From the NCBI RefSeq assembly GCF_026571515.1, contig NW_026856302.1:1-64000 (forward strand): a DNA stretch of 64,000 bases, in the 5' to 3' direction. The translations under genes and the position numbers were made by a program. Below the pieces are notes generated by a model, which saw only the letters and a list, made by a program, of their open reading frames with translations, did not search any database and was not told the DNA's origin. The stretch's first letter is position 1. Each line of letters opens with the position of its first letter. This document shows positions 1 to 12,277 of the stretch, one piece after another. The stretch comes from Ruditapes philippinarum (taxonomy: Eukaryota).

Positions 1-212
1 ACAAAGCATGTTAAAAACCCATATATAACAACTCAAACATCAATATACATGTAGTTTTATTGATAGCTCCAACCTTATCCAGAAGTTTCCATGATCAATC
101 AATTTATAAAGTTGACAAAATTTCAAGGAAGATTCTTTTGTGAAATAGTTAAATATATTATTAAATAAATATATGATTGAGATAATTTGATTTTAATTGA
201 ATCTACTTTCAG

Positions 213-260
213 AGTTCAGTACTTGCAGCTTTATATAGTTCTGAAGAATCCGTATTGGAG
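213..260 (+). CDS. PDE2A: PDE2-like phosphodiesterase, H-loop exon copy A (SSVLAALYSSEESVLE); candidate alternative exon
   Basis: tttcAG acceptor at 211-212 and GTgaga donor at 261. The exon is 48 nt, phase 0/0, and 14 of 16 aa are identical to copy B. Confidence 0.75.
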
Positions 261-332
261 GTGAGATTAACCTTTTACCAATCAATCTATTTTTAGACAC
301 ATAGTAATTGTAAGAATTAATCTTTTTTTCAG

Positions 333-380
333 AAATCAGTTCTTGCTGCCTTATATAGTTCCGAAGGATCGGTCTTGGAG
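333..380 (+). CDS. PDE2A: PDE2-like phosphodiesterase, H-loop exon copy B (KSVLAALYSSEGSVLE)
   Basis: ttttcAG acceptor and GTaagg donor. The peptide matches the PDE2A catalytic-domain segment KSVLAALYSSEGSVME that precedes RHH. Upstream exons lie outside the window. Confidence 0.9.
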
Positions 381-1927
381 GTAAGGTGTTTACAAGTGGG
401 CTGAATTTTGCTTGTTTATTTTTTTCTTTCAGATATTTTATTTTATTCTATAATTCCCTGGCCCATTTCTGCCTTTGTCTTAAAGCATATTCACTTACCA
501 TTCCATCATTTTGCAAAGAGATATTTGCTGTGCGGATTTTATTTTTCTTCTGAAGGATTTTTTAATGCAGCTGACATATTTTAATTTCTAAAACTTTTCA
601 GTTTATTGTTTATTTTTACATGTCTTTGAAATGTTATATTTTTGGGCAAAAAAGAATGATTGAACTTTATCAGTCAGCAAATGGAAAATTTGTCATGTAG
701 GGGAGGTAATCAGTATTATAAAATAATGAAACTAACTGGTCCAGTTATGTTTCTTGGCAATTCAATAACATTTTATAATCATCTCAATTGTAAAAATAAC
801 AAATATATGCTTTTTACCATTTTTTATTACTTCATCTTTATTACACGAATTATACTAATTTTAGAATAAAATAAAAACACTAAAATTTCTAATTTATACA
901 AATTTGGTAACAGAGTATTAACATTCTTCTGGGAAAATTACAGTATATTTTTTTAAGAAGTTAAAGTTAAGAAGTTGGTGCTTGTACATATCTTTATGTA
1001 GAGTGGTATTTTAAAATGATTGATTTATTCTCTATATATATTAATTATTTCAATTTTTTTTTATGATTATGGTATCAAATTTATTTTTAAAAAGGCACAA
1101 CATACTTAAACAATTGATAATGTACTGCGTACTACATCAGATATTTCAGAGTTCTTGTTAATTTTTCCTTGTGTTTTACCTGTACAGTGCCCTCCTGCAT
1201 CATCCACAAACACACACATAAATGAATATATTATACTCCTATTTCAGGCCTTGAAGTACTCTTTTAAATTATAATCTACCAACTAAACATTTTGAGGACA
1301 TTTTTTTCATTGATTAAAATATAACATTTTGCAATTTTCTGTTTTCTTTATCTTAATAAAATGTTATTTTTCGTCACTTTATTACAATTCTTTTATCAAA
1401 GCTTAACAGCTATTTTTTGTATTAACTTGTTATTGTTTTTTGAAAACTTTATCTTGTGTGCTAAGCTTGCCGCTGTAAAGTTATTTGTTTTATGATTTGT
1501 TTGTTGCCTAATATTGAGTAAGGTTAGTACAATACTTACATGTTGCTTTTTATAAAAAAAAGTTGCCTTGGCTAATAGGTCAGTGGTTTTATTTGGACAC
1601 TGGCTTGTTACGAAAATGATACATTTTTAGTGTGGTACCGAACATGTGGTCTTCCTTTATGAGCTTTCCAGTGTCAATTTGACTTAAACATAGCTAAAAG
1701 TAAAGAAACTGTTAAAAAGTAATCCACAGATTGTAGTAGGGACTTAAAGATTATTTTTTTTCCATATTTGGTATTAAATTTGATTGAATATGCAGTAATA
1801 ATTTTTTTCTTTTAATTATTTAAATTTTTATTAAATCAGAAAGTTACATGTCAAATATTATTCAAATGATTCATACAGATTAAGGTATCAAACAAAAATC
1901 ATGTTTGATTGTATGCTATTTTAATAT

Positions 1928-2105
1928 TTAACCTGCTGGAACTGCAAGTGATTAGCCTTTGCCTCCAGGAAGACAGGACTGCACATCAGGGTTTATACTG
2001 ATGGCTGACCAACTTAAAATTGTGCTTTTATGCCGTTAAACAGAACCCCCAAAAAACAAAAATTTCAAGCTGAACAAACGCATTTTAGAAATTCAGCAGG
2101 CTAAG
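1928..2105 (+). mobile_element. Short interspersed MITE-like repeat, diverged copy
   Basis: Shares ttaacc..cctgc..ttagcctttgcc..ccag..tatact..ttagaaatt.agcag with the copies at 7662-7863 and 3452-3657 (reverse). Confidence 0.45.
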
Positions 2106-2210
2106 CCAAAAACGGTGTTATAGTGTTATAAATTGTAGTCATTTAGACTAAATATTGTTGTTTTTGCCATATAATGATTTTAAATGTATATGAACATTTG
2201 TGTATTTTAG

Positions 2211-2285
2211 AGACATCATTTTGCACAGACAATGTGTATTCTGAATACAGAGGGCTGCAATGTGTTTGAGAATCTAAACAGCAAG
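2211..2285 (+). CDS. PDE2A: PDE2-like exon RHHFAQTMCILNTEGCNVFENLNSK
   Basis: AG/GT bounded, 75 nt, phase 0/0. It completes the ERHH motif of class I PDEs. Confidence 0.92.
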
Positions 2286-2736
2286 GTACTGTGTTAATTG
2301 GTCATCTATAAAGAATTATTCTTTGTATTAAAGTGCATAAACTAGAACTTGTCACTGAGTGTAAGGAGTTAGGAATGTACTTTGTACTTTTCTTAAAAGC
2401 TTTACTTGAAAATGTTATCTTAGATTGCATAGCTTACATGTATGTATTGATAGGTATTTGAAACCTTAAACCCCATCAAAGGCTTTGCATATTTAAGTTA
2501 AAATATCTGAATTCGGTTTCGTTGAAACATTTGTAAGACATTTTACTTCAAAAGTAAGGGCTACTTTTTCCTTTCTCGACATGTTTTAAAAAATATTGGC
2601 AATTATAAGTGCCATGGGTTAGTTTATGTCACTTTATCTATATATAATTAATAATAACTTAATTTTTCATAAATTGACTTGAATTTTGAAGGCATGCTAC
2701 TGCTTTTAATTTAGTTTTTGTCTTTTTAAATTTCAG

Positions 2737-2836
2737 GATTACCAACATGTGCTAGATTTGATGAGAGAAATCATTTTGGCCACTGATCTGGCTCATCATT
2801 TTAAAATACTTAAAAATCTTAAAGACTTAGCTGAAA
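2737..2836 (+). CDS. PDE2A: PDE2-like exon [33 protein letters not shown]
   Basis: tttcAG/GTaagt, 100 nt, phase 0/1. Contains the [10 protein letters not shown] motif. Confidence 0.93.
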
Positions 2837-3294
2837 GTAAGTACAATAGTGAACTTGAATTGTGTATTCATTTCCAATTGCTTTATATTGATCAGCCAAC
2901 AGTTTAAGAATCTGGCTCAAAGTGAAGGCTGATTTTACTGTAGGCAATGCCTTATCATCACAGGCAAACAGAGGTTAAAGTAAGCTGAAAGCGTTGTTAC
3001 AGTAAAACTTTGCTGTATACTTTGTTGTTTATTATAACTTAGGCTAGCTAAATCTATGTGACAGTAAAGTCTGTTAACTTGTACATTTATTTGTATATTT
3101 TAAACTCGCCTTTAAATGCAGTGTTAACACTATTAGAGGCGTATGGGGAAGACTGGGCTTGCATAACTATGTTGCCTCTTTATAATTATTATTAAAGTAA
3201 GATGTTTGACAAAAAGATATAAAAGAACAAACAGCTTTAGATAAAGGAAATCATTAGTTGTCATGCATTTTGAAAACAATGACATTTATTTCAG

Positions 3295-3407
3295 GGGGTA
3301 TTGATAAGACCTCAGTGAAGGAAAGAAAGTTACTTCTATGTCTGCTGATGACATCGTGTGATTTGTCGGACCAGACAAGGCCATGGGAAAATACAAAGAG
3401 AGTGGCA
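3295..3407 (+). CDS. PDE2A: PDE2-like exon (R)GIDKTSVKERKLLLCLLMTSCDLSDQTRPWENTKRVA
   Basis: ttcAG/GTatgt, 113 nt, phase 1/0. LLLCLLMTSCDLSDQT is characteristic of PDE2. Confidence 0.93.
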
Positions 3408-3451
3408 GTATGTATATTATCAATGTCTGACAATTCTTATTTGCTATCTCA

Positions 3452-3657
3452 TTTAACTTTAATTTGTGTAATGCACTTGTTCAGTTTCCATTTTTGGAAC
3501 CAGTCACTATGAATTTGGGAATTTCAAGATGAAAATTTGAAGTTAGTCTGAGTCAACAGTATAGAGCTTAGTTAAAGTGCACAGATGTAAAGACTTGCCT
3601 GGCTCTATACTGGTGGCAAAGACTAATCTCTCTTTCTTGTAGCAGGTTACAGGTTAA
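3452..3657 (-). mobile_element. Same MITE-like family, reverse copy
   Basis: tatactggtggcaaagactaa...gcaggttacaggttaa is the reverse complement of the left end of the 7662 copy. Confidence 0.5.
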
Positions 3658-3925
3658 ATATGTGAGAATTTTTTGTAGTTGGACTGTTATGTTGACAGTT
3701 TGACAGTTCTGTAAATAAGCCAACTATTCAGCACCACTTGAAAGTTGGTTCTGTACATGAGTCAGCATTAGCAACTAAAATAATGCAAAGAGAGGCATCT
3801 GATATGCACCATTAAAGCTGGAAAGATGTCATATTAAATGTAACAGTGTTTCTAAATGATAAATTACAGAAATTTTATGAAGTTTGTTTCAGACCAAGTC
3901 TTGAAACCAATTTGATAAGTAACAT

Positions 3926-4353
3926 TATTATACCTCAATAATTATATCCTTCATTGTAAAACTTCCATAGGCCTAATATGTGTTCTGATTGAATATTACC
4001 CTCCAAGGATATATTCCCTGTGGAATATTTCTATATCACTCTGGGGCAGATATTTCTTGCGTATTCAGCAAGGTTTTAAGTATTGCTAGACTTTGTTTGG
4101 GTGTAAGGGAGATAACACCTACATACCTCCGTATTTAATATTGTACTAGTTAATTCCCTTCAAAATGTATAAAATCATTCTTGAACTGTTTTTGTGGGGC
4201 AAAATTAAATTGTAAAAATGATTACGTGTATTCGATTTATTTCCTTGACTGTGTACTTTATAAATATTGTAGCTGCGCCTTAGTGTAATATACCAGTTCT
4301 CGGGTTGACAATATCCTCTATCACCCTGACAGCCATGTGTTATTTATATAATA
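3926..4353 (+). mobile_element. Non-autonomous Crypton-like element in a PDE2 intron
   Basis: Starts tattatacctca and ends tgcgcct..tatacc..tat.accct..agccatgt.ttattt..aata. These termini match those of the recombinase-coding element at 48997-51325. Confidence 0.5.
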
Positions 4354-4854
4354 ATACATCCGTACAAAAACTTTCAGTGTTTTTTTCCTCTATATAACTA
4401 CTACACTAAAACGGTACTGTTCCCAATAGAAAATAGACATTAAAATTCCTAATTTCAAATGTTTAAATTCCCAAAATAGCTGTTCAAAATTCCCACAAGG
4501 CCAAGTCATTTCTCTGAAATCATTTAAATCTTACATATTCATATAAATCACCACTTAATAATTCTACCTGGACAGTGGAAGCTGTAAGCTATCTTTATTC
4601 ATGATGACTAATCTTATTTGTAGCTGAAAAAATGCATTAAAAAAAATCCCAATGTAAATGAAAATAACGCATTTTTTCCCAATCAGTCTTGTACCAGCAC
4701 CATTCCCAAGGTAGAGAAAAAAAACCGCTGAAAGTTGTCATTATAAGCACTATTCCATTAAGCACTTACATTGGTTGAATATTGTCCTTTTTTGAGGCAT
4801 TGATTTATATGACACTTACTCTGATTTAATATTATACACTCTACTATTTTTCAG

Positions 4855-5000
4855 GCACTGATTTATAAAGAGTTTTTCTCTCAGGGTGATATGGAGAAAG
4901 CAAAGGGTCTTGAACCAAGTGACATGATGGACAGAGAAAGGGCTCAGATACCTGCCCTGCAAATCAGCTTCCTGGACCATGTTGCTTTACCTGTTTATGT
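4855..5000 (+). CDS. PDE2A: PDE2-like exon [48 protein letters not shown]
   Basis: ttcAG/GTaagt, 146 nt, phase 0/2. Contains EFFSQGD and the invariant purine-binding Gln (LQISF). Confidence 0.93.
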
Positions 5001-5481
5001 GTAAGTAACAGCACTGTTGGTATAGATATTGGATATTTTTCATGCATGGAAGTTTGTTTTTAGTCTAACATATCATATGAAGAGGCATGTGAGATCTGCT
5101 GTCAATTTGGTAAAGGTTGGAAGACACCATATGACCGTTACAATTTCAGCACGAGTTTACATACTTATGAGGGCGGGTTCAAGAATATTATCATCTCAAA
5201 TATTTTATTTTTTTTGAAAATTTAAAATAGATTGATATACTTAGCAAAAGATAGAAAATAATGTGATAGTATCAGTTTTAAAGTATAGAACAGATAACGA
5301 TCAAATCTACTGTGAAAGTTGGGAGTTAGTGATTTTAGTTTTTAAAAGGTTATTTCCCAACATCTCTTAGAGGGGGCTGGAGATATTTACACAAAGCTGC
5401 CAAATTAAATGTGAAATTTATGATAGTGCATGTATTTAAAAAGAATTTGTCCATAAATATGATATACATTTTTCTAAACAG

Positions 5482-5698
5482 GTTATTAGGAAAGCTGTTT
5501 AGTCCAGCAAAGGAGGTAGGAGATAGGGTTGAAGAGAACAAGCAGCACTGGATAAAGATCTCTAACTTAATCAAGTTAAAGCGAGGTGGTAGTCAGGCTA
5601 GAATGACCTTTGAGGAAGTGTTGGCCATTGAGAATGAGGCTGATGATGAGACAACCCATCTAGTGAATGGTTCAGAAACCATGGGATCCAAGTGTTAA
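5482..5698 (+). CDS. PDE2A: PDE2-like terminal coding exon (V)LLGKLFSPAKEVGDRVEENKQHW...GSETMGSKC*
   Basis: acAG acceptor whose phase 2 matches the previous donor. The NxxxW motif ends the catalytic domain, and the TAA stop is at 5696-5698. Confidence 0.88.
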
Positions 5699-6396
5699 TT
5701 GAATAAACCAGATACCATGAGATCAAAGTGTAAATTGATTAAACCAGATGCCATGGGATTAAAGTGTTATTTAAATAAACCAGATACCATGGGATCCAAG
5801 TGTTACCTGAATAAACCAGATACCATGGGATCGAAGTGTTAACTGAATAAACAAGATACCATGGGATCTAAGTGTTAACTGAATAAACCAGATACCATGG
5901 GATCGAAGTGTTAACTGAGTAACCAGATACCATGGGATCGAAGTGTTATTTAAATAAACCAGATACCATGGGATCGAAGTGTTATTTGAATAAACCAGAT
6001 ACCATGGGATTGAAGTGTTAATTGAATAAACCAGATACCATGGGATCGAAGTGTTATTTGAATAAACCAGATACCATGGGATCCAAGTGTTATTTGAATA
6101 AACCAGATACCATGGGATTGAAGTGTTAATTGAATAAACCAGATACCATGGGATCCAAGTGTTATTTGAATAAACCAGATACCATGGGATTGAAGTGTTA
6201 ATTGAATAAACCAGATACCATGGGATCGAAGTGTTATTTGAATAAACCAGATACCATGGGATCCAAGTGTTACCTGAATAAACCAGATACCATGGGATCG
6301 AAGTGTTAACTGAATAAACCAGATACCATGGGATCGAAGTGTTAACTGAATAAACAAGATACCATGGGATCGAAGTGTTAATTGAATAAACCAGAT
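5663..6396 (+). repeat. 36-bp minisatellite, about 20 copies, overlapping the PDE2 stop codon and proximal 3' UTR
   Basis: The unit TTGAATAAACCAGATACCATGGGATCGAAGTGTTAA is directly visible. One unit near 5918 has a 1-nt deletion. Confidence 0.97.
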
Positions 6397-7070
6397 TAGA
6401 TATAAAAGTCATGGCTACTTAGAATGTTCTGCAAGTAAATATTAAAAAAATAATCATGTATCCAGCTACCATTAAGACTTTTGTTACGATAGCATGATTA
6501 TTATTAGGTAAATAAAGTATTTGCTGCAACAGATAAAAAAGTCATTATTGAGATTGGTGATAACAACGCTTATTGTAAAGCTTGAAAATGTAGTTATTAT
6601 ATATATTATCATGAATTGAGTTTATATATAAAAAATGTTCGAGCTGTTGCAAAAAGCTTGAGATTTAGTTGTAAGTTTTTCATTGGAATGGAATTGTGAT
6701 CGTTGATTGCAGTTCATCGAAAGCCTGAATATATACAGATTATTGAGTTTTGAATGAAATCTGGAATTAGCTACAGTGTGAAGTGATAGAAATATACATG
6801 TAGAGATGTATTAAATGCATTTATTAGCAGTGTTTATGAAATTAGATTTAGAAGATTTAGGTTAAAGAATAGTTATTTTTTGTTAATGTTTTTTTTTTCT
6901 CTTTTAAATGCTGATAAAGTTGCCATAGGGTAAAGGTACGTAAAAAAATGCTTGGATTTAAAAACTGATTGTGGTATTTAGTTTCAATATAAGAGAACAT
7001 CTGAAGAAAGAAAAATTGATAAAATTTGTTAGTATTGGCTATGTTAATTATGTGAAAGAAAAACAGGTTA

Positions 7071-7197
7071 GTGAAATATGTAAATGAATAAATGGTATGA
7101 GAATTATGTTAATGAATAATGGGTATGTGATTATGTAAATGAATAATGGGTTTGTGAATTATGTAAATGAATAATGGGTATGTGAATGAATAATGAA
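7071..7197 (+). repeat. Short ~28-bp tandem repeat, about 4 copies
   Basis: gtgaattatgtaaatgaataatgggtat is repeated imperfectly. Confidence 0.8.
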
Positions 7198-7661
7198 GAA
7201 ATGGCAACAAATGCGTAATTTTTTTAAGAAAAGACAGTATGGGCTTCATTAGAAAAGTGAAAGGCATGTCTTCAGCAATTATCTAACAATATTGTTAACG
7301 CATGATGATAATAGTAAATATACAGTATAAATGATCAATATATATATGTACATTTCATTTGTAAGTAGGTATGTATAGATGACAAAAGGTTATGTGCATT
7401 GTTCATGTATGTGTTTAGCAAGATACTCTCAGAGCACCAAGATACTGTTTTAACTACATTTTACCTTCATGTGAAAGTGGTCTGGAGTGTTATTTTATTT
7501 GGTCAGGTATGTTTCTAGCCATTTTCTTTTTTGTTTTGTAAGTTTTTGTATGATGAATTTTTCACCACCAGTTGACATCCAGTACAAGATTTGTGCCATT
7601 TCAATTTCTGAGTAAGTTGTCTTAAAAAGATTTATTTTTAGAGAGAAAAAAATGTTGATAA

Positions 7662-7863
7662 TTAACCCACAACCTGCAGGAAGGGAAAAGGTTTAGCCTT
7701 TGCCACCAGTATAAGACCTGAGGCCGATCACATGACTTGTGTGCAGTCGGACAAAACTCTACCTTGGACTTACTATTTTTAAATCCCCAAAATTTATAAT
7801 GTAAAGATAAAAAAATGAAAGCTGGAGAAGTTTATTTAAGAAATTTAGAATATTAAGGGTTAA
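7662..7863 (+). mobile_element. ~200-bp MITE with TTAA-CCC...GGG-TTAA ends (piggyBac-type signature)
   Basis: ttaaccc at 7662 and gggttaa ending at 7863. Two further related copies are in the window. Confidence 0.55.
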
Positions 7864-10800
7864 TAATAAGTTTGATAAAGCCACTTAATTAACATATGAC
7901 ATAGCATGATTTTACTCTTCTATTTTTCTCAGTTTTTATACAAGTTGAAGATGAGAGGAAACCTGAGGGTAGTTTTAAAATGCACACTGTACATAATAAA
8001 GGTATAGATTTTTTATTTGATTTGATCAAATGAAATAAAGCAATAAATCATAGATTGTATTTTTTAAGATTTCTTTTTTGCTGTATATACAATGTATATG
8101 AAGTGTGTGTGTGTGTTTTATTTTCTTAAAAAAACTACTATTAATCTGATATTTTTTTAAAAACTACTTTTAATCTGAGCTTATTTGTTAATGAATATAT
8201 TTGCTCATGAGATTGTTTTAAGATTTCAGTAAAACTTACACCTAGTTCCTTGTCTTCTCCACATTCTCCACAATTGTTTTAACCAAATCTGGGAAAGTCT
8301 TATTCTTTAAAAAATTATCGTCTGAATATTATGGTGTTTTAAGTTTTTATTTACTGCCTATATTGAATTAGAGTTTTATAGTCTGTACTTACTACCTGCT
8401 TATTATTTTTTAAGATACAAATGGAAAAGAGGTAATCTTTGTGTTGGCCAGTACTTAAAAGTGTTCGAATTGAACAATAAAAGATGTTTCTCCACATACA
8501 TGTTTTTACAGGATTTTCGAGACTACCTCTATATATGCATTTCAGGCCCCCCCAAAAATAGTTTTGTCGTGGGTACCCTTTCCTGCCGTCTTTTAATTAC
8601 CAACCCTGGACTATTTATTTGTATTCTTTTTCAGAATTTTCAATTTATACAATATGTAATGTATATGTTTAAGAAAAATTGTATACAAAAATATAAATAT
8701 AATATACATGTAATGATGCATATTATAAGAAAGAAATTACTATATACCTACCCTCTGTTTAGTGGATGAGGTGGGGGAAGGGACAAGAAACAAAAAACTT
8801 TTTTATTGGCATTACGATCAATTTCAAAAAGATATTCGATAATTAGCTCTAGCAATGCTTAAAACAGTAATCTGAATAAGGCTGATGTTGGAATTAGAAA
8901 GACACAACCATAGTAATAATATTCAGCAGTTTGAATATAAAAAAATATTGACAGAGACATTTTTTACCTCAAGTTGTTTGTGCTGTTTGAAAGTGTGTTA
9001 TTTTTTTATTGTATATTTTACTTTCGGGTATGTAAACAATAGTCCGAAGACTGCCAAATGCTTTCTGTTGTGTCATTATTGATTATTGAAGTAGATCTGA
9101 GAGAGTTTATATTTAATATATTGTATAATTTAACAAATCTAAGGGAAGTAACCTCTCATCGACTGTGTGAATGAGATTATAATAAATTGTGATTTGTAGA
9201 TTTAAACTTATCTTTTTACAAGGAATAATGAAATTATGCCTCTTTTTTTCTTAAGTTCATGTTATGTTTTTAGCAATATATTTGATTGTGCAGTGAAATC
9301 TTTGTACAGTTATCTCTCATAATATGTTACATACTGTTTAGTTGTTGGAATTCAACTGACTTGTTCTTGTGACATTATGTAGATATACCCCTTATTTGAT
9401 GCATGAGCTGGTCACATAATATGAAGTCCAGTATTATTTAAGTTCATAAAATACAACTTTGACTTATTATTTTACTACCACTGTGAAAAATGAATAAATA
9501 AATCCAAATTACAGTATAAGTAGCTCATCTCTTAATTTGTTTTTTTTTTGTTGAAAATTTTAAATTTTAATTTGTAGAAATGTAAGTGAATAAACCTGCC
9601 CAACAAAAAATAACCTTAAATATGTCAAAATATGGGGAAATTATTGTTACTGTGTAACTAACAGGGTAGGAATATGGTGATACAAATGGTCAAATGTGTA
9701 ATACTCATGTGCATCATGGAACATGCAAAAGTATTAAAATAACTTTTCTTTGTAAAACAATTCTTTATTCATTTGGCGTATTGCAGCTAAAGTGTTTTTT
9801 ATTCATTTACTGTATTGTTGCTGAAGTTTTTAGTAATCTTATATTCATTTTGACAAGGGCAAAATAAATACAAGGGGTGAATAAATGTTTTCCATTTGTG
9901 ATATGTAATGGTATTTTTTCTGCAGTTAGCTGGTTTTAAAGGATAACAACACTTAAACACTATATCCATGCATCATCTTTTATGATGTGAATCGCCCATC
10001 ATGATGTTGGAAACATTGTGGTAGTTTGAAACCATCTGTATCTGTTTTTGTTGGTGTTCATCTTAAGGCATTTACAAAACAAATACTTTTTCCCTCTTTT
10101 TACCCAAATGTTCTCAGTTAGTACTGTTTGAAAACTACCCTATTTAAATGTTGTATGTAGATTTGGTGAAAAAGGACAACATTTAAATGGTCTAGCTCAT
10201 GCACCAGTGTCAGCATAAATTTATCTTAATTAAAGAAAACATTTGCTCTATAGTTTTTAATGAACAATGGGTTAACTTTAACTTTTCATGTATGTTTTAC
10301 TCATTTTTAATATTTTCTGAATATACATTTTTTTATCAGTCTTGTATTTAACATTCATTATGTAATAATTGAATCACTGCATACACATGTATGTACTGTT
10401 ATTTTATATTTTTCAAAACCATTATGTTTATTACACCATATCATCAAGGCATTGCTCCACATTGTACAAGGTTAATATGAAAACAAATATTTTTTTTCAT
10501 ATTTTGTGTTTTATAGTTCTTGTTTTAATATATAATATGTGTACGGCAAGTAAGTAGTTACGAGTATATTAAGGTGAACCATGTCTAATTATTATTGTCT
10601 ATTCTGTCCTTTGATGACGTCCGTCAAAACCTACTTGCAAATGTTAGGTTCAAAGGAGGACGGACCATCAGTTCTTTATAATATCAGACCTGTATAATGG
10701 TAACTAATGATCTGTTTATTATTTAGTCATTAGTTAGATTTGTCTAGAAAATAACATGGAAAAAAGCAAAAAGAAAACCTCCGATTTAATATGGTCAAGG

Positions 10801-12247
10801 TAATATTTAATTGATAAAGTACCAAGATAAAGATAATGTTTTGTTTCAGTAACTTTTATGTCATTATTTGTTACCGGGCTTTTCTGTAAAATAAGTTTGA
10901 AAGTTATTACTAATGCTCATTGGCAATGGTTTAGTGTGGTATATTAAATTAACTTGAGTCAGTCAGCGTTGAACTTAAACACTTAGTTTTAAGCAACAAA
11001 GTATGTACAATTTTTTGTTGAAAATACTCTACACCTACTGCAAAGTTACTACATGATCATTGAATTGAAACAGTGTTTTCTTTTCTTCTAATTCTGACAT
11101 AATTATGTATTTGAAACAAGAATTCATCATTGTTTCTTTATGCCATGTTAATTTCTTGATTAGTCTTAGTCAAGATAATGTAAAGTCTAAATATAAGAAA
11201 TGAAGCAGTTTTGCTTTTGCTATCCTAGAATATGTTCATCAAGGAATTTCTTTTCCATCAGAGTTTTGTTGTTTCAAAAGCCAGATATACTCAACATTTT
11301 ATCGTATCATACATTATAGTACATAAATATATACATTATGTTACCATGGCATCTCAGAGGTTTGTTTACATTACATATTGATATTATTTGATTGTTTTGA
11401 TTGATTCTATATGTATATATGATTTTAATCTGTAATGTTTTGCTGAATATTCTTTTATATGTATATAAACAGCTTTCATTATGAATTTATGATATTACTT
11501 CATGCATTTCTTTACAAATTAAAAAAAATAAAATAATCAGTTGAACATGAAATAAGACATGTTATAATGATGATGGCATGAAACTTACCCCCCAAAAAAT
11601 GCATTCTAGTTATGTATATATTCTTATGCAAAAATTTCACAACTTAATGGTTAATCAATAATAATATAAAAGCTTTCAATGGTGTTTCTTGCCTTAATTG
11701 AAACGTGCCATGTAACTTTAACAATGCTGTATGTGACTGAGACACAAATTAAAGAAAATTAGGGAAACTAGTGGTATAATATGTATTTTGAGGATGTTCA
11801 GATCTGTCTGCCACCTCGATTAGTTTATGCATTATTACATAAAATCTACAGAGACCGTTAGGTGATCCGGCTTTTGAAAGGTTAAAATGAAACAGAATTG
11901 TAAAAGAATTCCTATTCCTTTAAGATGCTTAGAAACACTACAACCAATTTAAGTAGTTGCTTTTTTGATATGAAATAATGATACCTTAAACTTGTTGAAA
12001 TGATACTAAAGACTATGCTTACTTTTACTTACTGTACTACATACCTGTAAGTTTTATCCTATGCCACAGGTGATAACTATTTTTATTCTCTTAACATGTT
12101 ATAATGGGTATGCAAAAACATGAGTAAATAAAGTTATCTTATCTTGAATGCATGTTGATATATATACGGGAAGTATCTTATTCAATTTACTGAACTGTAT
12201 ATATTGATTGACTATTATATCTATTTATTTGTTATGGCCATATTAAT

Positions 12248-12253
12248 AATAAA
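12248..12253 (+). terminator. Candidate distal PDE2 polyadenylation signal
   Basis: AATAAA followed by a TG-rich tract (gcttgttttgtt), at the point where TE-poor AT-rich sequence ends. The assignment to PDE2 is inference only. Confidence 0.25.
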
Positions 12254-12277
12254 TTGTTAAACTGTATAGCTTGTTTT

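Noticed and set aside
5663-6396. CRISPR-like 36-bp repeats
   Set aside because: The units are head-to-tail with no unique spacers, there are no cas genes, and the context is eukaryotic.
5771-6412. 213-aa and 135-aa minus-strand repeat ORFs
   Set aside because: They are by-products of a 36-bp (multiple of 3) minisatellite antisense to the PDE2 3' end, with no independent sign of a gene.
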